From the IMG/VR virus record IMGVR_UViG_3300043399_000700: a stretch of 61,049 nt of DNA; one strand, written 5' to 3'. The stretch is from a virus (taxonomy: Duplodnaviria; Heunggongvirae; Uroviricota; Caudoviricetes). The translations under genes and the position numbers were made by a program. The stretch's first letter is position 1; the number at the start of each line of letters is the position of its first letter. The notes beneath the pieces were generated by a model. The model did not search any database, was not told the DNA's origin, and saw only the letters and a list, made by a program, of their open reading frames with translations. Positions 20,549 through 29,172 of this stretch are shown here, piece by piece.

Positions 20549-21378
20549 ATACACTAGAATATATCGAAAGTATGATCATTAGACCTTGCAACCTTAGTTG
20601 CCAAGGTTGTACCACCTTTAGTGATCTTACATGGGCGGGCTACACCACATGGGAACAAGGTAAAGCTGAAATCGAACCTTGGCTTGCAAGACTTAAATTT
20701 GAGAGCTGGGGAGTCATGGGCGGAGAGCCGCTAATGAATCCCGATTTAAAAAATTGGCTCAGAGGTATCAGAGATTTAATGCCCGAAACTCAAATAAGAG
20801 TTGTAACCAATGGGTTGTTATTAAACAAGCATCGATGGATTGTCGATTTATTGCACGAACTAGGCAATAGCACACTTAAAATTAGCTATCACTTGCCAGA
20901 CAATCAACTTGATCAAGAAATTGAGTTTATACAAAAACGCTTTGCATGGAAACCTGTTACAGAGTACGGAATTAATCGTTGGCTTACCGATAACGAGTAC
21001 CGTTTTCAAATTGCTCGTCCTGAAAAGTTTTTAAGAACATTCCGCGGTTCATATGATAACATGATGCCGCACAATAACGCACCCAACGAGGCATTTGAAA
21101 TTTGTGTACAAAAACGTTGCCCGATGATGTTCAAAGGTCGCATATACAAATGTGGTACTGCAGGATTGACTCCAGATTTGTTAGAAAGATTTAATTACCC
21201 AAACAAAGAAATGTGGGAGCCCTTTATTGACGCTGGTTTGGCGCCTGACTGCTCCGACGACGACCTTGCACGATTTGTACAGAACTTCGGAAAACCGCAT
21301 AAAATATGTAGACAATGTCCAACTAACAAAGACATTGAATCATTGATTGACCACACCATTACAGTAAAAAGGAAATAA
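20545..21378 (+). CDS. Radical SAM protein
   Basis: CNLSCQGC (CxxxCxxC), GGEPLMNP, VVTNG and extra C-terminal cysteines. Start placed at TTG 20545, overlapping the upstream TGA. Confidence 0.85.
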   Translation: MNTLEYIESMIIRPCNLSCQGCTTFSDLTWAGYTTWEQGKAEIEPWLARLKFESWGVMGGEPLMNPDLKNWLRGIRDLMPETQIRVVTNGLLLNKHRWIVDLLHELGNSTLKISYHLPDNQLDQEIEFIQKRFAWKPVTEYGINRWLTDNEYRFQIARPEKFLRTFRGSYDNMMPHNNAPNEAFEICVQKRCPMMFKGRIYKCGTAGLTPDLLERFNYPNKEMWEPFIDAGLAPDCSDDDLARFVQNFGKPHKICRQCPTNKDIESLIDHTITVKRK

Positions 21379-21379
21379 C

Positions 21380-22555
21380 ATGTATTCAGTATATCAACAC
21401 TGGGATCCGCTAAATGTTTGTCTAGTAGGACGAACTTACCCACCAGAGTTTTACTCATGGATTAAGGACCCAGACACCAGATCTAGATTTGAAAAACTTG
21501 CCGAGGAAACCGAAGAAGATTACCAAAATCTAATCGGCCTACTGCAAAACAAATTCAATGTAAAAATACATCGACCAGAGTTTCCTGAAGATCTTTCTTC
21601 ACTGTACATCGGTAACAAATGGGTGCAACCACCTACTGCTCCTAGAGATTATTTTCTCATGATTCAAGATAAGTTTTGGGTTCCGCATGTTCCCAATGCT
21701 AGTCATGCATGGTCAGTATTCTATCGCCAAAACAAACAAAGTTGGTGGGATGACTTTATTCGCCCACAAGACTTTTATGCAGCAATGCCCGAATTTAAAA
21801 ATGAAATGGAAGAAAAATTCCAACAGTTTCAAATCAACGACCAAGCGCACCTAGATGCTAAGTTAAAATTCTACACACATGTATTTGACGACATTCGCGC
21901 ACAAAATAACGAGATTGTTTATACTGATTTAGACTTTATCAACGGATGCTTTGTAGGACGTTTAGGACAAGATTTATATTTTGCTACACAAACTTACCAC
22001 GATGACAAACAACTCATTTTGGATCAAGTTAACAAACTCTTCCCTGACACACGCAACCACGTAGTTAATTCAGGAGGACACGGAGATGCTGTGTATTGTC
22101 CAGTTACCCCAGGATTAATTATTAGTCTTAACGATGTACCAACCTACGCCGACACTTTCCCAGATTGGGAGGTTGTGTATTTGCCACCTAGTAACTATTC
22201 GCACATGCGAGAATTTGAAGTTTCAATGAAACGAAACAAGGGTCGCTGGTTCATGCCTGGGTTTGAACAAGATAACAACCTTATTCACATGGTAGATCAC
22301 TACTTCGATGAATGGGTTGGGCAAGTTAGTGAAACCGTTTTTGATGTTAACATTCTTATTGTTGATCCTAAAAACATTGTTGTTAGCACACACAACGACA
22401 AAGTCGAAGAAGCATGCGCACGACACGGAATCGAAGTTCACGTAAGTCCGTTTAGACACAAGTATTTCTGGGACTGCGGTATTCATTGTGTAACCAACGA
22501 TCTTTCTCGCACCGGAACCAAAGAAAACTTTTTCCCAAATCGCCGTCTTGGTTGA
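21380..22555 (+). CDS. Amidinotransferase-family protein (copy 1)
   Basis: WDPLNVCLVGR start; GHGD (H-x-D) and GIHCVT catalytic-Cys motifs of the Gly/inosamine-phosphate amidinotransferase fold. Confidence 0.8.
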   Translation: MYSVYQHWDPLNVCLVGRTYPPEFYSWIKDPDTRSRFEKLAEETEEDYQNLIGLLQNKFNVKIHRPEFPEDLSSLYIGNKWVQPPTAPRDYFLMIQDKFWVPHVPNASHAWSVFYRQNKQSWWDDFIRPQDFYAAMPEFKNEMEEKFQQFQINDQAHLDAKLKFYTHVFDDIRAQNNEIVYTDLDFINGCFVGRLGQDLYFATQTYHDDKQLILDQVNKLFPDTRNHVVNSGGHGDAVYCPVTPGLIISLNDVPTYADTFPDWEVVYLPPSNYSHMREFEVSMKRNKGRWFMPGFEQDNNLIHMVDHYFDEWVGQVSETVFDVNILIVDPKNIVVSTHNDKVEEACARHGIEVHVSPFRHKYFWDCGIHCVTNDLSRTGTKENFFPNRRLG

Positions 22556-22586
22556 TTCTGTTCAACGTTGACTGTATAATTTCTAT
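22552..22586 (+). promoter_or_regulatory. Sigma70-type leaderless promoter for gp46
   Basis: TTGATT (22552-57), 17 nt, TATAAT (22575-80), 6 nt, ATG(22587); no SD. Confidence 0.65.
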
Positions 22587-24350
22587 ATGATTCAGATTAA
22601 AGATCTTACTGTTAAAAACTTTATGAGTGTGGGTAATGCCACACAAGCCGTTAACTTCGATCGTCAAGATCTCACGCTTGTTTTAGGTGAGAACTTAGAC
22701 TTAGGCGGCGATGGTTCACGCAACGGAACTGGTAAAACTACTATTATCAATGCGCTGAGTTATGCGCTATATGGCCAGGCACTAACTAACATTAAGAAAG
22801 ATAACTTAATCAACAAAACCAATGGCAAGAACATGTTGGTTAGTTTAGAGTTTAATGTAAACGGTCAAGATTATCGTGTCGAGCGTGGTCGCAAACCCAA
22901 TCTTCTTAAGTTTTATGTTAACAATGAAGAACAAGCCTCGGAAGATAATGCGCAAGGCGACAGTCGAGAAACACAACAAGCCATCGAAGACATTCTCGGT
23001 CTTAGCCATGACATGTTTAAGCATGTCTTGGCTCTTAACACTTATACAGAACCGTTCTTAAGTTTAAAGGCCAACGATCAACGCACTATTATTGAACAGT
23101 TGCTAGGCATTACATTACTGTCCGAACGTGCTGAAAAGATCAAAGAACTAAACAAACAAACCAAAGATGCGATTACTCAAGAGGAGTTTCGTATTCGTGC
23201 TATTCAAGAAGCCAACAAACGCATCGAAGAACAAATTGAATCACTAAAGAAACGACAAAAGATGTGGGAAGCCAAGCAAAAAGAAGATTGCGAAAAACTT
23301 GGTGCAGCTATTGTAAGCCTTGAACACATTGATATTGATGCAGAGATTCAAGCACACAGAAACTTAGCCGACTACAGCGTTCGTAAGAAACAAATTCAAG
23401 ACGAAGAAACTGCTATCAAACGATTAAAGTTAGATATTGATCGCGAACAAAAGACTATTGCTAAAATCGAAGCAGATCTTCAAGCATTGCGCGAACACAA
23501 GTGCCATGCTTGCGGACAAGATCTTCACGACTCTAAGCACGAAGAAGTTCTTAAAGTTAAAGAAGCAGACTTAGTAAGTGCACAAGATAACATTCACTTG
23601 CATCAAACACAACTTGCAGAACACGAAAACGAACTAGATGACCTAGGAGAACTAGGGTCACAACCGCAGGTGTTTTATGATACCATTGAAGATGCACTAA
23701 ATCATCGCAATAGCTTAGAAATGCTGCGCAAAGACTTAGACAGTCGCAGTCAGGAAGTCGATCCGTATACAGAACAAATTGCCGATATGCAAGGACAAGC
23801 CTTGCAAGCGATTAGTTATGATACGCTAAACGAATTAACTAGAGTGCAGGATCATCAAGACTTCTTGCTAAAACTACTAACCAACAAAGACTCATTTATT
23901 CGTAAGAAGATTATCGAACAAAATCTAAGTTACCTGAACTCAAGATTAACACATTACTTAGATCGCATCGGTTTACCACACTCTGTAATATTCCAAAATG
24001 ACTTGTCCGTGGAAATCACTGAACTCGGGCGCGACTTAGACTTTGACAACTTATCTCGTGGTGAACGTAACCGATTAATCCTATCAATGTCGTGGGCTTT
24101 CCGTGACGTTTGGGAAAGTTTGTACAGCCCAATTAACTTGTTGTTCATTGACGAACTTGTTGATTCGGGTATGGACACACAAGGTGTTGAAAACAGTCTA
24201 GCATTGCTCAAGAAGATGTCGCGTGAACGTCAAAAATCTATTTGGCTAGTAAGCCACCGCGATGAACTTGCAGGGCGTGTAGAAAATATTCTTAAAGTTG
24301 TTAAAGAAAACGGCTTTACTAGTTATAATACGGATGTTGAGATAGCATGA
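22587..24350 (+). CDS. gp46: Recombination ATPase subunit (gp46/SbcC/Rad50-like)
   Basis: Walker A NGTGKTT, coiled coil with CHAC zinc hook, signature LSRGE, Walker B LLFIDE, H-loop VSHR. Confidence 0.92.
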   Translation: MIQIKDLTVKNFMSVGNATQAVNFDRQDLTLVLGENLDLGGDGSRNGTGKTTIINALSYALYGQALTNIKKDNLINKTNGKNMLVSLEFNVNGQDYRVERGRKPNLLKFYVNNEEQASEDNAQGDSRETQQAIEDILGLSHDMFKHVLALNTYTEPFLSLKANDQRTIIEQLLGITLLSERAEKIKELNKQTKDAITQEEFRIRAIQEANKRIEEQIESLKKRQKMWEAKQKEDCEKLGAAIVSLEHIDIDAEIQAHRNLADYSVRKKQIQDEETAIKRLKLDIDREQKTIAKIEADLQALREHKCHACGQDLHDSKHEEVLKVKEADLVSAQDNIHLHQTQLAEHENELDDLGELGSQPQVFYDTIEDALNHRNSLEMLRKDLDSRSQEVDPYTEQIADMQGQALQAISYDTLNELTRVQDHQDFLLKLLTNKDSFIRKKIIEQNLSYLNSRLTHYLDRIGLPHSVIFQNDLSVEITELGRDLDFDNLSRGERNRLILSMSWAFRDVWESLYSPINLLFIDELVDSGMDTQGVENSLALLKKMSRERQKSIWLVSHRDELAGRVENILKVVKENGFTSYNTDVEIA

Positions 24351-25381
24351 ACTTAGCCTGGGACCACTGGCACATTGAGCCATCTAGTATTTGCACCTTA
24401 AAATGCCCAAGGTGCCCTCGTGCTGAAGTTCCAGAAAGTTTGCTAAACAGACAATTGACCTTGGATTTTTTTGTAAATCAATTAGGTGCCGATGTTGTTC
24501 GTCAGATTCGTAAAATTACATTCTGCGGCAACGATGGAGACCCAATTTACTGCAAAGATTTTTTAGAAATATGCAGTTGGATCAAAGAAGTCAATCCATC
24601 AATTAACTTAGTACTCATTACCAACGGCAGTTATAAACCTGTTGAATGGTGGACACGTCTTGCAGAAATATTTAATGAGCACGACGAAGTGCATTGGAGT
24701 TTAGATGGATGGGATCAACACAGCAACGAACAATACCGTGTAAATTCTGATTGGGCGTCAATAGCACAAGGCATACGTACATTCCGTTGCTACAACGGAT
24801 CAACATACACCGTTTGGGCCAGTATTGCTTTTAGATTTAATGAACATGCTATTAACTGGCAAAAGGGCTTAGCCAAAGAGTGGAGATTTGATCTTTATCA
24901 GCTAACAAAAAGCACTAAATTTGCGAGTAAATATCCCGAAGCATATGGCGGTGCACAAGATATGCTCGAACCCACTGACCCTAATTTAGTGGCCAGCGGA
25001 CATCGCTTTGAGCGTGTTTTAACACCTATAAGTGCTAAAATACGCCCCGGGGCAGAACTGAAGGCAATTTTTTTACAACGGGCTCAAGACTTAGATAAAC
25101 ATACACAATACTCAGGCATTTGTTTAATAGGCAACAAAGGCGTGTTTTTAAACAGCCAAGGGGAGTTTTATCCTTGCTGTTGGACCGCTAATAGATACGA
25201 ACATAATAATTTTTGGCACACACTGGCACAAAGCCGTTTTAATTTAAATCAAAAAACTTTTACAGAGATAATGTCTGACCCGTTTTGGACGTCAGATTTC
25301 TTAAAGTTTGATAGTCTCGAATGCCGCACTAAATGTACACGAGAGAAACTATCAGACTTATCGCACACAACTGAATGGTAA
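24347..25381 (+). CDS. Radical SAM protein with SPASM/twitch-like C-terminus
   Basis: CTLKCPRC motif, FCGNDGDP, ITNGS; C-terminal C...GEFYPCCW...CRTKC. Confidence 0.85.
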   Translation: MNLAWDHWHIEPSSICTLKCPRCPRAEVPESLLNRQLTLDFFVNQLGADVVRQIRKITFCGNDGDPIYCKDFLEICSWIKEVNPSINLVLITNGSYKPVEWWTRLAEIFNEHDEVHWSLDGWDQHSNEQYRVNSDWASIAQGIRTFRCYNGSTYTVWASIAFRFNEHAINWQKGLAKEWRFDLYQLTKSTKFASKYPEAYGGAQDMLEPTDPNLVASGHRFERVLTPISAKIRPGAELKAIFLQRAQDLDKHTQYSGICLIGNKGVFLNSQGEFYPCCWTANRYEHNNFWHTLAQSRFNLNQKTFTEIMSDPFWTSDFLKFDSLECRTKCTREKLSDLSHTTEW

Positions 25382-25385
25382 CAAA

Positions 25386-25901
25386 TTGACAAGCCCAAGT
25401 AAAGCCAAAGGAAACTCGTTTGAACGTCAAACTGCAGATTTTTTAACAAATCTCTATGGAGAGAAGTTTATTCGTGCACCCGGCTCAGGCGCTTATGTAG
25501 GCGGTAAAAATACTCATCGTAAACAACTGTTGCACGAAGGACAAATACGCAACTTTAAAGGGGACATTGTTCCAGGACAAAGTTTTCCTAAGATGAATGC
25601 TGAGTGCAAAAGTTACAAAGAATTTCCATTTCATCAATTATTCTCTGGCGAAGTAAAACTATTAGAATCATGGATTGATCAATGTATGGACGTTGCTGAC
25701 GAGGGCGACTTCAACATTATATTCATGAAATTCAATCGCAAAGGCACTTACGTAGCCATCCAGGCACAACCCAATCAAACAGAACTATTTTTTACAAGAC
25801 ACTTTAACTACGCTTCTAAAAAACACGGGCATTGGTTCATTATGGACCATGATTTATTTTTTGAACTAAACGAAGACACAGTACGAGAGTTATGTCAGTG
25901 A
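25386..25901 (+). CDS. PD-(D/E)xK nuclease, Holliday-junction-resolvase-like
   Basis: SKAKGNSFERQTADFL...GSGA...GDIVP...AECKSYK. Start placed at TTG 25386, just after the upstream stop. Confidence 0.65.
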   Translation: MTSPSKAKGNSFERQTADFLTNLYGEKFIRAPGSGAYVGGKNTHRKQLLHEGQIRNFKGDIVPGQSFPKMNAECKSYKEFPFHQLFSGEVKLLESWIDQCMDVADEGDFNIIFMKFNRKGTYVAIQAQPNQTELFFTRHFNYASKKHGHWFIMDHDLFFELNEDTVRELCQ

Positions 25902-26836
25902 TTGTCACTGTTGTAACCGACGGCGGATCTGGTGGAACATTCCTAACTTGGAGTTTGCATTTCTTATCCGGCGCAACTGAATACTTCAGTACCGAAACTA
26001 AATCATGGACTAAGATTGTTGATAACCCGTTAACATCTAAAAACAGTCATGGCTTTATACCAAATCAACTAAACAGAATTAAAAATCACTCAATCGAAAC
26101 ATTAAACAACCAAATTAAATTATTACAAAACGAACAAACTAACACATTTCATACACTATACTTTCACGAAACCGACGATCCAAACCTAGACAACAATGTC
26201 ATTGACTTAACTAACAAACTAAACAACAAAACAATTTTATTAAGGTCTTATCATTATCCGCTGTATCACGACAAGTATGCATCAAGAGGTTATACTGCAT
26301 TATCCCCTGATGATGCATTTGACGAATTTTGCAACAAGTACTTTAAAGATTCAGCAGAAACTTTTCAAAACTTAAACTTAACTAATATCTGGGACAAACG
26401 AGAGTTCATTGCATTAAACTTTGACGCATTTAGACAACGTAACACTATTAAAGACCCTGACAATTATTACTACTTAGACGCACTAGAGCTTTGGACTAAC
26501 TTTGACATTTCAGTCAAAACCCTATTTGACTACTTGAATCTAGGGTTAGATACCGAACGCTTTGAACATTGGAAAAACATATACAACAACTGGAAAAAAT
26601 TACAATTCGACAGACTACAATTTCAAACTTACTTCGATAAAATTATTAACTCAATTATTAACAACACCGACTTAGACTTAGAACGATTCAATTTAGACAT
26701 TCAACAAGAAGCAACAATACAAAGAACGTTACTATACAAACACAACTTGGCTCTAAAAACTTGGCAACTTGAAAAATTTATTAATACACAACAATTACAT
26801 TCTCTATTAGAACCAAACACATACCACAATTTATAA
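25892..26836 (+). CDS. Hypothetical protein, possibly sulfotransferase/P-loop-like
   Basis: N-terminal VVTDGGSGGTFLTWSL resembles a 5'-PSB loop; gene is visibly more A/T-rich than its flanks. Confidence 0.35.
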   Translation: MSVIVTVVTDGGSGGTFLTWSLHFLSGATEYFSTETKSWTKIVDNPLTSKNSHGFIPNQLNRIKNHSIETLNNQIKLLQNEQTNTFHTLYFHETDDPNLDNNVIDLTNKLNNKTILLRSYHYPLYHDKYASRGYTALSPDDAFDEFCNKYFKDSAETFQNLNLTNIWDKREFIALNFDAFRQRNTIKDPDNYYYLDALELWTNFDISVKTLFDYLNLGLDTERFEHWKNIYNNWKKLQFDRLQFQTYFDKIINSIINNTDLDLERFNLDIQQEATIQRTLLYKHNLALKTWQLEKFINTQQLHSLLEPNTYHNL

Positions 26837-27267
26837 GCACCAGCAGTAACAGCTAGCACAGGCTAATATCGTGTGCCCTATACCTGGATCACAGATCGCA
26901 GGGACGGAAGACTCTTCGCTGTAAAGAGCACTCAACTACTACCCGTGAGGATGAAGATCGCCAATGCCGCGATTTAGTTGTTTGAATAGGAATAAAAGGC
27001 TAAAAAGACGCTCAAGACGATTGAGCACGTTGTACAAGTATGATAGCGTATATTTGTATAACCGCCGTTGTAATAAGACGGGGATGGAGGTACCGGACAA
27101 CCGCCTCTGCTAAACACCCTAACGCTGTGTGACTATGCTACTCAGATGAAGTCAATCTTTGCCCAGTGCGGGCAAAGTGTGACCAATTAATCTAGATGAA
27201 GCATAAACGCTTCGCTTTAAAAATAAATGTTGTGAGCGTAAGCGAAACAACAGATCACGTAGTGATC
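26837..27267 (+). ncRNA. Candidate structured non-coding RNA or cis element (unidentified)
   Basis: 431-bp ORF-free gap between convergent operons with about ten stems, G-U-containing pairs on the + strand and a GUGA tetraloop. No known family recognised. Confidence 0.45.
27127..27201 (+). repeat. Bipartite direct repeat GTGTGAC-N10-AGATGAAG x2, 50-bp period
   Basis: Copies start at 27127 and 27177, with the CTTTGCCC/GGGCAAAG hairpin between them. Confidence 0.7.
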
Positions 27268-27600
27268 TTATATATTATCAGGCCAATCTCTAAATAATGC
27301 GTGTTGTATATCAGCAGCAACAAACTGATTAAATGATTTGTGTTTCTCTTCGAGTTCACCTTGCTGTGGTACTACTCGTTGGAATGCTTGTTCCATTTGT
27401 GCCATGTTGTTAAATTCCATGAGTATCATCCACTCTGGCATATCAGCAATACTACGGAATCCCATTTTGCAACGAGTAATTCTGTACGATACCATTTTGC
27501 CTTCTGATACTAAGTGATCAAAAAACTTCTTCATGTTGTTGACCCAGTCTAGATCAGAAATGTCGCCTTCTTTGTTTGCCCAAATTGTATAAATGTCCAT
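27268..27600 (-). CDS. Small dimeric alpha-beta-barrel-like protein (DUF6614/EthD-like)
   Basis: MDIYTIWAN...HLVSEGKMVSYRITRCKMGF...EWMILMEFNNMAQMEQAF pattern. Start placed at ATG 27600, 1 nt after the upstream stop. Confidence 0.5.
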   Translation of the reverse strand: MDIYTIWANKEGDISDLDWVNNMKKFFDHLVSEGKMVSYRITRCKMGFRSIADMPEWMILMEFNNMAQMEQAFQRVVPQQGELEEKHKSFNQFVAADIQHALFRDWPDNI

Positions 27601-27601
27601 G

Positions 27602-28729
27602 TTATCCTCTTTCTGGAAAATAGTCTTGCATTGTACCTTCTCGGTGTAAATCACTAGTTACGCAATGAATCCCGCCATCCCAAAAATAACGGTGCCTAAA
27701 TGGAACGACGTGCGGAGTAACGCCAAATCTTTCAAGTGCATCAAATACCTGTTTGTTGTAGTTAAACACCATGACATTCTTTGGGTCGATGATCAACATG
27801 TTTACGTCAAAAACTGTTTCTTCAACATACCCTGTCCAGTGTGATAACCACGATTCAACTGTGTTAATTACGTCATGATCGTTTTCGAATCCGGGTATCC
27901 ACCACTTGCCACCGTTTTTTGCTTTTAGTTTTATAAATTCTTCAATGCCTAGCCAACTTTGCCCGGGTAGATATACAACTTCCCAGCCTGGATAAGTGTC
28001 TGCATACGTTGGTACATCGTATAAACTTATAATCAAGCCGGGTGTAACTGGACAATATGTGCCATCACTGTGTCCGCCGGTGTTTACAACGTGATTTCTG
28101 TAGTCAGTGAATTCGTTGGTAACAATCGACAATCGTTTGTTTAAGTCTTGATTGTAGTTTTCAGTACCCCAATATAGATCCTTGCCAATTCTTGCACACT
28201 TTGCGGTGTCGGCAAACAATCTGCCAGAGTGTACAGTATTGCCGTTGGCTTTGATGTAATCGAGAATATGATCGTATTCGCTGCGATGAAGTTGTGTGTT
28301 GCCAAAATCGAATACTTCTTTACATTCTTTTTGTATTGCTGCTGGTAGTTGATTAAACTCTTCCCAACTGTTACAGTCTGGCCAGCTAGGATCTGCAATG
28401 TCAGTGTAAGATGTTCTTAAAAAGTTTGTAGAATAGTATTCGTAAAACGTTGTGCCAAACATTCCTGTGTAGTCACGAGGAGTCATTGGTGGTCGAACAT
28501 ACTGTCCGTTGACAAAAGTCTGTTTGGGTAACTCTGGTCGTAGTACTTCTACACCAAACTCGTGTAGTTTTTTAATAATGCCTTGAAAGTCTTCTTCGGT
28601 TTCAATGGCAATTTTTTCAAACAATGATCTAACGCTGGGTTTGTTAATCCATGAATAAAATTCAGGAGGGTAACTACGTCCAACGACGCAAACTTTTAAC
28701 GGATCCCAATGTTGATATACTGAAAACAT
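27602..28729 (-). CDS. Amidinotransferase-family protein (copy 2)
   Basis: MFSVYQHWDPLKVCVVGR...GHSDGTYCPVTPGLIISL...RHRYFWDGGIHCVT. Start 28729 via TAATG overlap. Confidence 0.8.
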   Translation of the reverse strand: MFSVYQHWDPLKVCVVGRSYPPEFYSWINKPSVRSLFEKIAIETEEDFQGIIKKLHEFGVEVLRPELPKQTFVNGQYVRPPMTPRDYTGMFGTTFYEYYSTNFLRTSYTDIADPSWPDCNSWEEFNQLPAAIQKECKEVFDFGNTQLHRSEYDHILDYIKANGNTVHSGRLFADTAKCARIGKDLYWGTENYNQDLNKRLSIVTNEFTDYRNHVVNTGGHSDGTYCPVTPGLIISLYDVPTYADTYPGWEVVYLPGQSWLGIEEFIKLKAKNGGKWWIPGFENDHDVINTVESWLSHWTGYVEETVFDVNMLIIDPKNVMVFNYNKQVFDALERFGVTPHVVPFRHRYFWDGGIHCVTSDLHREGTMQDYFPERG

Positions 28730-29172
28730 TACGTCATAGGACCGAGTAGTTCGAATCCGTCCATGTCTTGTTTGTATAGGTGTGCTTGTTCTAAATATAG
28801 ATATTTGAATCCACGTTCTTTGTATATTGCACATTCAGCTTTCATAGTTTCAATGCCTAGTCGTAGTCTAGGACGATGATAAGTCCAAGCAAACTGCGCA
28901 CACTCGGCGTTGTGCTCGTCGTAACGTTTAATTAAACTAAAAGCTACTAATTGCTCCTTGTCGTAATACCCAATGACGTCAGTCATTGGGTCTGTGTAGC
29001 GACTGTGAAACATGGGCATAACACTAGAAAAGTGTTTGTAGATACAATATGTGTGGTAAATGTTATCTAATTGATTAAAAACAGTATCTGAAAATTCAGT
29101 GATATAACGCCAATCAACGTTTATCTCATAGTTTGTTTTACTTAAATCAATTCTAGCAAACTGGTAACTCAT
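28729..29172 (-). CDS. ATE_C/Bpt-like aminoacyl-tRNA-dependent transferase (stand-alone GNAT-like domain)
   Basis: IYHTYCIYKH...M, GYYDKEQLVAFS, LRLG...ECAIYKERGFKYLYL...YK...FELL aligns by eye with ATE_C; no ATE_N domain. Start 29172 via ATGA overlap. Confidence 0.6.
   Translation of the reverse strand: MSYQFARIDLSKTNYEINVDWRYITEFSDTVFNQLDNIYHTYCIYKHFSSVMPMFHSRYTDPMTDVIGYYDKEQLVAFSLIKRYDEHNAECAQFAWTYHRPRLRLGIETMKAECAIYKERGFKYLYLEQAHLYKQDMDGFELLGPMT

Noticed and set aside
27120-27205. Group I intron (GACUA/AGUC) or hammerhead (CUGAUGA) interpretation of the non-coding element
   Set aside because: GACT and AGTC are too close to enclose P8/P3, no gene is interrupted, and the sequence is CAGATGA rather than CTGATGA.
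28749-28758. GTTCGAATCC, a tRNA T-loop-like sequence
   Set aside because: Lies inside a coding region; no acceptor, D or anticodon arms can be formed.
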